Under the pieces are notes generated by a model. The model did not search any database and was not told the origin of the DNA. It saw nothing but the letters and a program-made list of their open reading frames with translations. The position numbers and the translations under genes were made by a program. Positions 1-8,226 of a stretch of DNA of 25,526 bases are shown piece after piece. Origin of the DNA: a virus (lineage: Duplodnaviria > Heunggongvirae > Uroviricota > Caudoviricetes); IMG/VR virus record IMGVR_UViG_2571042636_000011; one strand, written 5' to 3'. How positions within the stretch are numbered: the stretch's first letter is position 1; every line of letters starts with the position of its first letter.

Positions 1-1053
1 TTACGGGGTAATGCCAACCGCTGCCGCCACTTTGTCGCCACTTGGCAGCGTTGCCAGAGGATTGAAACGAAGCGCCGTTTCCAGATGATCCGGTGCCAGA
101 TGTGCGTAACGCATAGTCATTTTTATATCGTGGTGTCCGAGAATTTTTTGTAAGGCCAGAATGTTTCCACCCGACATCATGAAGTGCGCCGCAAACGTAT
201 GGCGCAGAACGTGTGTGAGTTGACCGCGAGGGAGCACGATAGACGTTTTTTCCATCACGGATAAAAATTGAAAATAACAGTCTGTGAAGAAATTGAACCC
301 ATCAAGCGCCATGATCTCTTCGTAAAGCTCTTTACTGATAGGGATGCTTCTGTTTTTCTTCCCCTTCGTTCTTACAAAGGTAATTCGGTATTTGGTCACC
401 TGTGAGCGGGTAAGATTTACGGCTTCACGCCAGCGTGCGCCAGTGCTTAAGCATATCTTAACTACCAGTGCCAGAATTGGGTCCTGACGTTTACAATCAG
501 CCAGCAATTCAACAATCTGCTCATGGGTAAGCCATGCCATCTCTTTTTCTGCGATGGTGAATTTTCGCATGTTCTCCAGTGGGTTCGGATACGACCATTC
601 GCCCAGGCGGGATAGTTCGCTAAAAACACTACTAAGATAGCTTTGCTCCAGGTTAATAGTGACTGGGCTTGCTCCTTTTTTCCATTTCTCGCTGAAGTAG
701 ATCTCACCCGTCAGGCGTTTATCTCGATAGTGGGCAAACATTTTAGATGTGAGATCGGTTGCAAGGGGATTGCCCAGAGCGTCAACCATCAACAGCAATT
801 TGTCATAGACATGCTGCCCAGCGGTTAGAGATTTACCATGTAGTTTGAACCATAGCTCAACTACGTCTTTCAGTGTTCGACGATCCACTGATTCACCCAG
901 CCAGGGCTTTGCTTCGGTTTCTTCCATCGTGTGGCGCTCAAAAGCCAGAGCTTCGCCTTTGGTGGCGAATTGTTTACGCACACGACGCCCACTACGTCCG
1001 GCGGGGTAACATTCGCAAAGCCATTTCCCTGTGGTGAGTTTTCGTACTGCCAT
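1..1053 (-). CDS. int: Tyrosine site-specific integrase (phage 186/P2 Int family), about 350 aa
   Basis: ORF 1..1209(-). From the internal Met the protein begins MAVRKLTTGKWLCECYPAG..., which matches my recollection of the 186 Int N-terminus, so the start is placed at ATG 1053..1051 with GGAGGG about 10 nt upstream. C-terminal tyrosine-recombinase signature ...THVLRHTFAAHFMMSGGNILALQKILGHHDIKMTMRYAHL. Stop TAA at 3..1. Confidence 0.9.
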   Translation of the reverse strand: MAVRKLTTGKWLCECYPAGRSGRRVRKQFATKGEALAFERHTMEETEAKPWLGESVDRRTLKDVVELWFKLHGKSLTAGQHVYDKLLLMVDALGNPLATDLTSKMFAHYRDKRLTGEIYFSEKWKKGASPVTINLEQSYLSSVFSELSRLGEWSYPNPLENMRKFTIAEKEMAWLTHEQIVELLADCKRQDPILALVVKICLSTGARWREAVNLTRSQVTKYRITFVRTKGKKNRSIPISKELYEEIMALDGFNFFTDCYFQFLSVMEKTSIVLPRGQLTHVLRHTFAAHFMMSGGNILALQKILGHHDIKMTMRYAHLAPDHLETALRFNPLATLPSGDKVAAAVGITP

Positions 1054-1241
1054 AAAAAATGCCCTCCAGTAGAGAGCATTTTTACTGTATGTATAACCAG
1101 TGTCAATGTATGAAATCCTACGACCATACATCTCACTGAAGCCATAATGAAGTTGGCTATTCTTTTTGCTATGTGAGCATGTAACTTTTGCGGTTAACCT
1201 GCGGCTCATTTTTATTTTAGACGCAGATATAAAAGCAAAAG

Positions 1242-1433
1242 TTATCGTGAGTTTTTAGTACAGATTTTTTTGGATTTACTAATAGTTCCATCATTGCAAA
1301 CGAATTTGCCATCTGAGGTACAGTGAGAAACACCTCCCTTTTTCCCTGAGCAGGGATAATTTCTAGCATAGGTAGTTAGTGGGTTTAATAACAAAGAACA
1401 TGACAAAACCACAAAAAATACCTTACCAAGCAT
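1242..1433 (-). CDS. Small secreted cysteine-rich peptide (63-aa precursor, predicted about 40-aa mature peptide with 4 Cys); function unknown
   Basis: ATG 1433..1431 preceded by GGGAGG about 5 nt upstream on the minus strand. N-terminus [23 protein letters not shown] looks like a Sec signal peptide (basic n-region, hydrophobic core, TYA cleavage motif). Mature part [40 protein letters not shown]. Sits between cI and int in the lysogenic transcription unit. Confidence 0.5.
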   Translation of the reverse strand: MLGKVFFVVLSCSLLLNPLTTYARNYPCSGKKGGVSHCTSDGKFVCNDGTISKSKKICTKNSR

Positions 1434-1448
1434 AGTTTCCTCCCGGTA

Positions 1449-2105
1449 CTATTTAACATACTTGACTGTTAAACTTATAATTTTACCAATTATTTCAATG
1501 TCTTCTATCTTGCATTCGAAGGCTCTGTTTCCACCCTCGACGAAGATTCTTCCACCGGGTAAACGAGTAATGTCACGGATCGTTATTTCGCCATCAATAC
1601 TTATTACCCATTTACCATCACGTATATCATCAAATTCTTTATCACAAATAAATTCAGAATTGTTATCTGTGATGACAAAAGGTTTTTTAAACGTAGAGGG
1701 TAGAAATTCCTTATCAAAAATATAAAAACCGTCTTTCTGCAATGCTCCATCAGACAATAAATATTTTTCTACTTCTATAGTATTTGTATTTGCTGATGCT
1801 TGCTTTGAACCATGCCCTGTTGTTAGCCAATTAAGCGAGGTGCCGGTTTCAAGGGCGCACTGGATTACCCAATCTGCTGGAAAAATATCACGCATATAGC
1901 GCGTTGCCATGGTGCTCTTAGAAACACCTAAATGATCACAGAGAGCCTGACGGGTACCGAACCCATATGCTTCAACTAAACGTTCTATGGCTTTCTTACC
2001 GCCGCTATTGAAATCCACAAGTCCTCCAAAGAAATCCAAAATTCGTTGACAGATTCCAAAAGCGATCTTAAAGTTGAACCAGAAGTGTTCTTTTGGAGCC
2101 TTCAC
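1449..2105 (-). CDS. cI: Immunity repressor CI (phage 186 CI type)
   Basis: 218-aa ORF. Segment ...ERLVEAYGFGTRQALCDHLGVSKSTMATRYMRD...CALETGTSLNWLTTG resembles the 186 CI N-terminal helix-turn-helix region as I remember it. Transcribed divergently from apl/cII as in 186. Start in the ORF track is GTG 2105 with no clear SD, so the exact start is uncertain. Confidence 0.8.
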   Translation of the reverse strand: MKAPKEHFWFNFKIAFGICQRILDFFGGLVDFNSGGKKAIERLVEAYGFGTRQALCDHLGVSKSTMATRYMRDIFPADWVIQCALETGTSLNWLTTGHGSKQASANTNTIEVEKYLLSDGALQKDGFYIFDKEFLPSTFKKPFVITDNNSEFICDKEFDDIRDGKWVISIDGEITIRDITRLPGGRIFVEGGNRAFECKIEDIEIIGKIISLTVKYVK

Positions 2106-2163
2106 TACTAATCACGACAAACAACGGCTCGCCACAAGCCATATCTAGAAGGAATGTTGCCTT

Positions 2164-2367
2164 ATGACACCTAACATTTCAATTACTCTGAATACACCAC
2201 ATGTCACAATCGAACGTTATAGCGAACTGACTGGCCTTTCTATTGATACGATTAACGACATGTTGGCTGATGGCCGACTACCTCGTCATCGTCTTCGTAA
2301 AGACAAAAAACGTGAAAAGGTAATGATTAACCTGGCTGCTCTGACTGTTGATGCTTTGTCTGCTTAA
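2164..2367 (+). CDS. apl: Apl/Cox-like small DNA-binding excisionase and switch regulator
   Basis: 67-aa ORF, ATG 2164, first gene of the rightward early operon opposite cI, basic C-terminus ([15 protein letters not shown]). Assignment rests on position and size by analogy to 186 apl / P2 cox, not on recognised sequence identity. Confidence 0.55.
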   Translation: MTPNISITLNTPHVTIERYSELTGLSIDTINDMLADGRLPRHRLRKDKKREKVMINLAALTVDALSA

Positions 2368-2431
2368 TAGACGTCTATTTTCGCAATAAGACGCTGAGTT
2401 CGATTTTGCGATAAGTTCGGAGTTGAAAACC

Positions 2432-2941
2432 ATGTTTGATTACCAAGTTTCCAAACATCCACATTTTGATGAAGCCTGTCGTGCATTCGCACTGCGCCAC
2501 AATCTGGTGCAACTGGCAGAACGTGCGGGCATGAATGTGCAGATTCTGCGGAACAAGCTGAACCCAGCTCAACCTCATTTATTAACCGCACCAGAAATCT
2601 GGCTGCTTACCGATCTGACTGAAGATTCAACGTTGGTAGATGGTTTTCTGGCACAGATTCACTGCCTGCCATGCGTACCAATTAATGAGGTGGCAAAAGA
2701 GAAACTGCCACATTACGTCATGAGTGCAACCGCAGAGATCGGGCGTGTTGCTGCAGGTGCGGTATCTGGCGATGTAAAAACCAGTGCAGGTCGTCGTGAT
2801 GCTATCAGCAGCATTAACTCTGTAACACGACTGATGGCGTTGGCTGCTGTTTCATTGCAGGCCCGTTTACAGGCTAACCCTGCGATGGCGAGTGCAGTTG
2901 ATACCGTGACTGGCCTCGGTGCTTCATTCGGTTTGCTGTGA
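2432..2941 (+). CDS. cII: CII-like lysogeny-establishment transcriptional activator (phage 186 CII type)
   Basis: Protein [49 protein letters not shown]...[25 protein letters not shown]...[21 protein letters not shown] matches my recollection of 186 CII closely. ATG at 2432 with GGAG 9 nt upstream; the ORF track begins at an upstream TTG 2423. Confidence 0.8.
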   Translation: MFDYQVSKHPHFDEACRAFALRHNLVQLAERAGMNVQILRNKLNPAQPHLLTAPEIWLLTDLTEDSTLVDGFLAQIHCLPCVPINEVAKEKLPHYVMSATAEIGRVAAGAVSGDVKTSAGRRDAISSINSVTRLMALAAVSLQARLQANPAMASAVDTVTGLGASFGLL

Positions 2942-2948
2942 GGTGCTT

Positions 2949-3245
2949 ATGCTGACGAAAGAACCATCATTTGCATCGCTGCTGGTAAAACAAAGCCCGG
3001 CAATGCACTACGGTCACGGCTGGATCACGGGTGAGGATGGAAAACGCTGGCATCCATGTCATTCACAAGATGAATTGCTGTCTGAATTGACCACGAGGAA
3101 ACGGAGAAAGTCCAAATGTATGCGGCAGAAAGTGAAGTGGTTTATCAGTTTCGTTACAGAGGGGAGAGTTATTCAGTACCTGAAGATGATTTGCTCTGTT
3201 GCTATCCGTCATTGTCGGGCGATGGCAGTTACTTTTTCGCGTTAA
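2949..3245 (+). CDS. Hypothetical early protein (position of 186 fil / P2 orf78)
   Basis: ATG 2949 (MLTKEPSFASLLVKQSPAMHYGHGWITGEDGKRWHPC...) with AGGTG upstream. The N-terminal about 55 aa look protein-like; the C-terminal part (KRRKSK...) overlaps the next ORF in another frame and looks low-complexity, so the true extent is uncertain. Confidence 0.35.
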   Translation: MLTKEPSFASLLVKQSPAMHYGHGWITGEDGKRWHPCHSQDELLSELTTRKRRKSKCMRQKVKWFISFVTEGRVIQYLKMICSVAIRHCRAMAVTFSR

Positions 3246-3340
3246 AGGATGGGACGTTTTTACGGGGAGAGCAGGTTAAAGAGACGATACGAAAAAATGT
3301 ATCTCCTCTTGAGCGTTACCGTAAGAACAAAGAACGATAG
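3116..3340 (+). CDS. Hypothetical early protein, 74 aa
   Basis: ATG 3116 preceded by GGAGAAAG. Translation MYAAESEVVYQFRYRGESYSVPEDDLLCCYPSLSGDGSYFFALKDGTFLRGEQVKETIRKNVSPLERYRKNKER has normal composition. Overlaps the upstream ORF by about 130 nt in a different frame. Confidence 0.4.
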   Translation: MYAAESEVVYQFRYRGESYSVPEDDLLCCYPSLSGDGSYFFALKDGTFLRGEQVKETIRKNVSPLERYRKNKER

Positions 3341-3362
3341 CTGCGTTTGGGGGATATGAAGT

Positions 3363-3704
3363 ATGGCAATTAATGGCGCTGCAGCAACTGTTCCATTAAG
3401 CCCCGGTGAACGCCTGAATGGACTTAATCACATTGCGGAGTTAAGGGCGAAAGTATTTGGCCTGAATATTGAGTCAGAGCTTGAGCGGTTTATTAAAGAT
3501 ATGCGTGATCCACGGGATATCAATAACGAACAGAATAAACGAGCACTGGCTGCCATATTCTTTATGGCAAAAATTCCAGCTGAACGTCATAGCATCAGCA
3601 TTAATGAGCTGACCACTGACGAAAAGCGGGAGTTGATTAAAGCAATGAATCATTTTCGTGCAGTGGTGAGCTTATTTCCCAGACGGCTAACCATGCCGAA
3701 TTAA
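3363..3704 (+). CDS. Hypothetical early-operon protein, 113 aa
   Basis: ATG 3363, same orientation and tight spacing as the other early genes. No family recognised from sequence. Confidence 0.5.
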   Translation: MAINGAAATVPLSPGERLNGLNHIAELRAKVFGLNIESELERFIKDMRDPRDINNEQNKRALAAIFFMAKIPAERHSISINELTTDEKRELIKAMNHFRAVVSLFPRRLTMPN

Positions 3705-3771
3705 CCAACTAATGAAATTAATGGCGTAAACCCGCCGGGTATCCCTTTATCTAAATTCAGGAGAATTGATT

Positions 3772-4005
3772 ATGCGTAATATTGAAACCCTCAAGACTAA
3801 AACCGGACCGGATGATGCAGGGCTTAATATTTTACTGACAGAGGCTCGTCTGGAAGAACGCCGGGCAAGGGCTGAAGCAATGGCAGCTCGCCTTGATAGC
3901 CTGGCGTGTCATATCACATCCCGCCAGCTAAACCACGTCGAAGCAGCAGAACTACTGCGTGTAACTGCTGAAGCAATCCAGAACGAAGCGCAGGAGATCC
4001 ACTAA
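3772..4005 (+). CDS. Hypothetical early-operon protein, about 77 aa, predicted helical
   Basis: ATG 3772 with CAGGAG 8 nt upstream (the ORF track starts at TTG 3766). Stop overlaps the start of the next gene (TAATG at 4003..4007). Charged, helical composition (EERRARAEAMAARLDSL...). Confidence 0.5.
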   Translation: MRNIETLKTKTGPDDAGLNILLTEARLEERRARAEAMAARLDSLACHITSRQLNHVEAAELLRVTAEAIQNEAQEIH

Positions 4006-4232
4006 TGGCTGATGCAATGGATCTCGTACAGCAGCGCGTTGAAGAAGAACGCCAGCGCCATATCCGTGCTGCCCGTGCCAAAACGCCGGGCGTGTCCCGC
4101 GTGCTTTGCATTGAGTGTGAAGCGCCAATTCCGCCAGCACGCCGCCGCGCCATTCCAGGTGTGCAGCTTTGCATTACCTGTCAGGAAATCGCAGAGCTGA
4201 AAGGCAAACATTACAACGGAGGTGCTGTATGA
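4005..4232 (+). CDS. TraR/DksA-family C4 zinc-finger protein (P2 orf82-like)
   Basis: 75 aa with CxxC...CxxC (CIECEAPIPPARRRAIPGVQLCITCQ), typical of phage and plasmid TraR/DksA-like proteins. AGGAG 7 nt upstream of ATG 4005. Stop TGA overlaps the dam start (ATGA at 4229..4232). Confidence 0.7.
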   Translation: MADAMDLVQQRVEEERQRHIRAARAKTPGVSRVLCIECEAPIPPARRRAIPGVQLCITCQEIAELKGKHYNGGAV

Positions 4233-5086
4233 GCACCATCCTGAAATGGGCGGGAAATAAAACCGCCGTAATGTCCGAACTGAAAAAACATCTTCCAGCT
4301 GGCCCGCGACTGGTTGAACCTTTCGCGGGTTCCTGTGCTGTGATGATGGAGACGGATTATCCCAGCTATCTGGTTGCGGATATTAATCCTGATTTAATCA
4401 ACCTCTATAAAAAGGTTGCCGCTGATTGTGAATCGTTTATATCTCGCGCCAGAGTTTTATTTAAGGAAGCAAACAGGGAGGTGGCTTATTACAACATAAG
4501 GCAGGAGTTTAATTACTCAACTGAAATTACTGATTTCATGAAAGCGGTATATTTCCTGTATCTCAATCGTCACGGTTACCGTGGGTTATGTCGCTATAAC
4601 AAGAGCGGGCATTTCAACATTCCCTACGGTAATTATAAAAATCCGTATTTCCCTGAAAAAGAAATTCGCGCATTTGCAGAGAAAGCCCAACGAGCAACGT
4701 TTATCTGCGCCAGCTTTGATGAAACGCTGGCGATGTTGAAGGCGGGGGATGTGGTGTATTGCGATCCGCCGTATGACGGTACGTTTTCCAGCTATCACAC
4801 TGATGGTTTCACTGAAGATGACCAGTATCACCTGGCATCCGTTCTTGAACATCGGTCATCAGAAGGACATCCGGTCATTGTTTCTAACAGTGACACATCC
4901 CTGATCCGTTCGCTGTATCGCAATTTTACTCACCACTACATCAAGGCAAAACGCAGCATCGGCGTAGCAGCTGGTGAGAGTAAATCTGCAACAGAAATCA
5001 TCGCTGTTTCTGGGGCGCGCTGCTGGGTGGGATTTGATCCTTCGCGTGGCGTGGATAGTTCTGCCGTGTACGGAGTACGTGCATGA
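4229..5086 (+). CDS. dam: DNA adenine (N6) methyltransferase, Dam family
   Basis: Start [11 protein letters not shown] (Dam motif I, KWAGGK-like) with GGAGG upstream of ATG 4229. Catalytic motif DPPY present ([10 protein letters not shown]). Length about 285 aa. Stop overlaps the start of the A gene (ATGA). Confidence 0.85.
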   Translation: MSTILKWAGNKTAVMSELKKHLPAGPRLVEPFAGSCAVMMETDYPSYLVADINPDLINLYKKVAADCESFISRARVLFKEANREVAYYNIRQEFNYSTEITDFMKAVYFLYLNRHGYRGLCRYNKSGHFNIPYGNYKNPYFPEKEIRAFAEKAQRATFICASFDETLAMLKAGDVVYCDPPYDGTFSSYHTDGFTEDDQYHLASVLEHRSSEGHPVIVSNSDTSLIRSLYRNFTHHYIKAKRSIGVAAGESKSATEIIAVSGARCWVGFDPSRGVDSSAVYGVRA

Positions 5087-7497
5087 GACATGCTGATATG
5101 AACAACTGCAGCGGCTTTAACGAGGCCGCCGCAGCATTCTCATGGAACAGCCCGAAAAAGGCGATTAACCCTTATCTGGACCCGGCGGAAGTTGCGCCGG
5201 TTTCTGCGCTTTCAAACCTGATCACTCTGTACGCTGCCGATAACAAGCAGGAACAACTGCGCCGCGAGGCACTGAGTGATCAGGTCTGGGAGCGTTATTT
5301 CTTTAATGAATCCCGTGATCCTGTCCAGCGCGAAATGGAGCAGGATAAGCTCATTAGCCGGGCAAAGCTGGTGCATGAGCAGCAGCGTTTTAATCCGGAC
5401 ATGGTCATACTGGCGGACGTTAACGCCCAGCCTTCCCATATCAGCAAGCCGCTGATGCAACGTATTGAATACTTCAGCAGCCTGGGCAGGCCAAAGGCTT
5501 ATTCCCGCTATTTGCGTGAGACGATTAAACCATGTCTGGAACGACTAGAGCATGTACGCGACAGCCAGCTATCTGCATCTTTTCGTTTTATGGCAAGCCA
5601 TGAAGGGCTGGACGGCCTGCTGATCTTGCCTGAAATGAGTCAGGATCAGGTGAAGCGCCTGTCTACCCTTGTTGCCGCGCATATGAGCATGTGCCTTGAT
5701 GCAGCTTGTGGTGATTTGTATGCCACCGATGACGTTAAGCCAGAAGAAATCCGCAAGACATGGGAAAGGGTGGCGGCGGAAACCCTGCGTCTGGATGTCA
5801 TCCCTCCTGCGTTTGAGCAACTCCGCCGGAAAAGAAACCGCCGTAAACCCGTACCCTATGAACTCATTCCGGGTTCGCTGGCGCGTATGTTGTGCGCCGA
5901 CTGGTGGTATCGGAAATTATGGAAGATGCGTTTCGAATGGCGGGAAGAGCAGTTGCGTGCTGTTTGCCTGGTCAGCAAAAAAGCATCTCCCTATGTCAGC
6001 TATGAAGCCGTGATGCATAAACGTGAGCAGCGCCGTAAGTCGCTGGAGTTTTTCCGTTCTCATGAACTGGTGAACGAAGACGGCGACACGCTGGATATGG
6101 AGGACGTGGTAAACGCCAGTAGTAGCAACCCGGCGCATCGCCGCAATGAGATGATGGCATGTGTTAAAGGTCTGGAGCTTATCGCGGAAATGCGCGGTGA
6201 CTGCGCCGTTTTCTACACCATCACCTGTCCGTCACGTTTCCATTCCACGCTAAATAACGGCAGGCCCAACCCGAACTGGACAAATGCGACGGTAAGACAA
6301 AGCAGTGATTATCTGGTCGGCATGTTTGCTGCATTTCGTAAGGCGATGTACAAAGCCGGATTGCGCTGGTATGGCGTGCGGGTGGCTGAGCCGCATCATG
6401 ACGGTACAGTTCACTGGCACCTGTTGTGTTTTATGCGCAAAAAAGATCGCCGCGCCATTACTGCTTTGTTGCGTAAGTTTGCCATTCGTGAAGACCGCGA
6501 GGAGCTGGGTAATAACACAGGACCACGCTTTAAGTCTGAGCTGATAAACCCGCGCAAAGGTACACCAACAAGCTACATCGCGAAATACATCAGTAAGAAC
6601 ATTGACGGGCGTGGTCTGGCTGGCGAGATCAGCAAGGAAACGGGTAAATCTCTGCGTGATAACGCTGAATACGTTAATGCCTGGGCGTCTCTGCATCGTG
6701 TTCAGCAATTCCGCTTCTTTGGCATTCCGGGGCGTCAGGCTTACCGTGAACTGCGATTGCTGGCTGGTCAGGCGGCAAGGCAACAGGGTGACAAAAAAGC
6801 AGGTGCGCCGGTACTGGATAACCCGCGCCTTGATGCCATTCTGGCTGCAGCTGATGCTGGTTGCTTTGCCACCTACATCATGAAGCAGGGCGGCGTACTG
6901 GTTCCCCGTAAATATCACCTCATCAGAACCGCTTATGAAATCAACGAAGAGCCGACCGCCTATGGCGATCACGGTATTCGTATTTATGGCATCTGGTCAC
7001 CCATTGCAGAGGGCAAGATCTGCACTCATGCAGTGAAGTGGAAAATGGTCCGTAAAGCCGTTGACGTTCAGGAGGCGGCAGCCGACCAGGGCGCTTGCGC
7101 CCCTTGGACTCGTGGCAATAACTGTCCCCTTGCTGAAAATTTGTACCAACAAGGGAAAGACAAATCAGCTGATGGAGATACCAGAACGGATATCACCCGT
7201 ATGGATGACAAGGAGTTGCACGATTACCTGCACAGTATGAGCAAAAAAGAGCGCCGGGAACTGGCAGCAAGGTTACGCCTGGTGAAACCGAAACGGCGTA
7301 AAGACTACAAACAGCGAATTACAGATCATCAGCGACAGCAGCTCGTGTATGAACTGAAGTCCAGGGGATTTGATGGCAGCGAGAAAGAGGTCGATTTACT
7401 CCTTCGCGGCGGCAGTATTCCGTCAGGAGCAGGCCTGCGTATCTTCTATCGGAACCAGCGTTTGCAGGAAGATGATAAGTGGCGGAACCTGTATTAA
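5083..7497 (+). CDS. A: Rolling-circle replication initiator endonuclease (P2 gpA / 186 RepA family)
   Basis: 804-aa ORF after the early genes. Contains an HxH metal-binding motif ([11 protein letters not shown]) and a tyrosine-containing region ([17 protein letters not shown]), as in P2 A-type nickases. GGAG 7 nt upstream of ATG 5083. Confidence 0.9.
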   Translation: MRHADMNNCSGFNEAAAAFSWNSPKKAINPYLDPAEVAPVSALSNLITLYAADNKQEQLRREALSDQVWERYFFNESRDPVQREMEQDKLISRAKLVHEQQRFNPDMVILADVNAQPSHISKPLMQRIEYFSSLGRPKAYSRYLRETIKPCLERLEHVRDSQLSASFRFMASHEGLDGLLILPEMSQDQVKRLSTLVAAHMSMCLDAACGDLYATDDVKPEEIRKTWERVAAETLRLDVIPPAFEQLRRKRNRRKPVPYELIPGSLARMLCADWWYRKLWKMRFEWREEQLRAVCLVSKKASPYVSYEAVMHKREQRRKSLEFFRSHELVNEDGDTLDMEDVVNASSSNPAHRRNEMMACVKGLELIAEMRGDCAVFYTITCPSRFHSTLNNGRPNPNWTNATVRQSSDYLVGMFAAFRKAMYKAGLRWYGVRVAEPHHDGTVHWHLLCFMRKKDRRAITALLRKFAIREDREELGNNTGPRFKSELINPRKGTPTSYIAKYISKNIDGRGLAGEISKETGKSLRDNAEYVNAWASLHRVQQFRFFGIPGRQAYRELRLLAGQAARQQGDKKAGAPVLDNPRLDAILAAADAGCFATYIMKQGGVLVPRKYHLIRTAYEINEEPTAYGDHGIRIYGIWSPIAEGKICTHAVKWKMVRKAVDVQEAAADQGACAPWTRGNNCPLAENLYQQGKDKSADGDTRTDITRMDDKELHDYLHSMSKKERRELAARLRLVKPKRRKDYKQRITDHQRQQLVYELKSRGFDGSEKEVDLLLRGGSIPSGAGLRIFYRNQRLQEDDKWRNLY

Positions 7498-7589
7498 TTA
7501 CGCGGGTTAACAATTCGTGCTCTTAATAATACCAGGCATTTCTGGCTGATGAACGTAAAAAAACGTTTTACATCAGTAAGATTATTATA

Positions 7590-7609
7590 TACTGTAAATA
7601 TAAACAGTG
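7590..7609. promoter_or_regulatory. LexA (SOS) box overlapping the promoter of the tum/dinI-like operon
   Basis: tACTGTaaatataaACAGtg is a perfect CTGT-N8-ACAG with an AT-rich spacer, a close match to the E. coli LexA consensus TACTGTATATATATACAGTA. It lies about 40 nt upstream of the GGAGG/ATG at 7641..7652; -35-like TTTACA at 7567..7572. Confidence 0.6.
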
Positions 7610-7649
7610 GTTATGTATACAGTATCGCTTTGGTGTCATAGGAGGAAAG

Positions 7650-7838
7650 ATGCAGGACTATTTTTTGGAGTCTTTGAAGCTCCAGCGCATTGATTTTTTT
7701 CTTAAGCTTGTAGCGGCTAGTGAGTGTAGTGATGAAGAGAAGGGGCTGGCTCTGCAGTGGGTTTCTGAATTGACTGATGAACTCATGGCAAAAATCAGAA
7801 CCCACGAATACAACCGCTCAATGGATGTCATCAGTTGA
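7650..7838 (+). CDS. Small SOS-controlled protein, candidate Tum-like antirepressor
   Basis: 62-aa ORF directly downstream of the LexA box, GGAGG 4 nt upstream of ATG 7650. Position corresponds to the LexA-regulated tum operon of phage 186. The sequence itself is not recognised, so the function is inferred from context. Confidence 0.4.
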   Translation: MQDYFLESLKLQRIDFFLKLVAASECSDEEKGLALQWVSELTDELMAKIRTHEYNRSMDVIS

Positions 7839-7848
7839 GGTGACTTTT

Positions 7849-8082
7849 ATGCGCATTGAAATAATGATCGATAAAGAGCAGAAGATTAGCCAGTCTACCC
7901 TGGACGCCCTTGAATCCGAGCTTTACCGCAATCTGCGCCCCCTGTATCCCAAAACGGTAATTCGTATCCGCAAAGGTAGCTCTAACGGTGTGGAACTGAC
8001 CGGACTGCAACTGGATGAAGAAAGAAAACAAGTGATGAAAATTATGCAGAAAGTGTGGGAAGACGACAGCTGGCTGCATTAA
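7849..8082 (+). CDS. dinI: DinI-family protein (SOS-response modulator)
   Basis: From ATG 7849 (GAGG 8 nt upstream): MRIEIMIDKEQKISQSTLDALESELYRNLRPLYPKTVIRIRKGSSNGVELTGLQLDEERKQVMKIMQKVWEDDSWLH. This aligns along its length with E. coli DinI as I remember it (MRIEVTIAK...DALAGEL...ETWESADDW). The ORF track gives a longer ORF from 7777. Confidence 0.75.
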   Translation: MRIEIMIDKEQKISQSTLDALESELYRNLRPLYPKTVIRIRKGSSNGVELTGLQLDEERKQVMKIMQKVWEDDSWLH

Positions 8083-8193
8083 GAAACGTTGCCTCCAGGA
8101 GGATTCATTCTGATGGGGGCTAGTTTGGGCAACGAGTGAAACGAGGCGTAAGGTGGGCGGGCATTTTGATAAGTGATCGTCCGCTTTGTGCTA

Positions 8194-8213
8194 GAAGCGG
8201 TCGTTACCGCTTC
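8194..8213. terminator. Hairpin between the convergent dinI-like and HerA-like genes (possible bidirectional terminator)
   Basis: GAAGCGGT-cgtt-ACCGCTTC, a perfect 8-bp stem with 4-nt loop. Only a weak T-run follows, so intrinsic terminator function is uncertain. Confidence 0.3.
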
Positions 8214-8226
8214 AGCACTTTGTTAA

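Noticed and set aside
1054-1209. N-terminal extension of the integrase ORF to 402 aa as given in the ORF track
   Set aside because: Homology to 186/P2 Int begins at the internal Met (MAVRK...), which has a good SD. The upstream 52 codons have no start signal and look like read-through of non-coding sequence.
6250-6972. 240-aa minus-strand ORF inside the replication gene A
   Set aside because: Fully nested antisense to a recognisable A-family gene, with no RBS and unusual composition. Shadow ORF.
7498-7560. Possible terminator hairpins after gene A (CCAGGcatttCTGG; AACGTaaaaaaACGTT)
   Set aside because: Stems are only 4-5 bp and AT-rich. Too weak to call intrinsic terminators with confidence.
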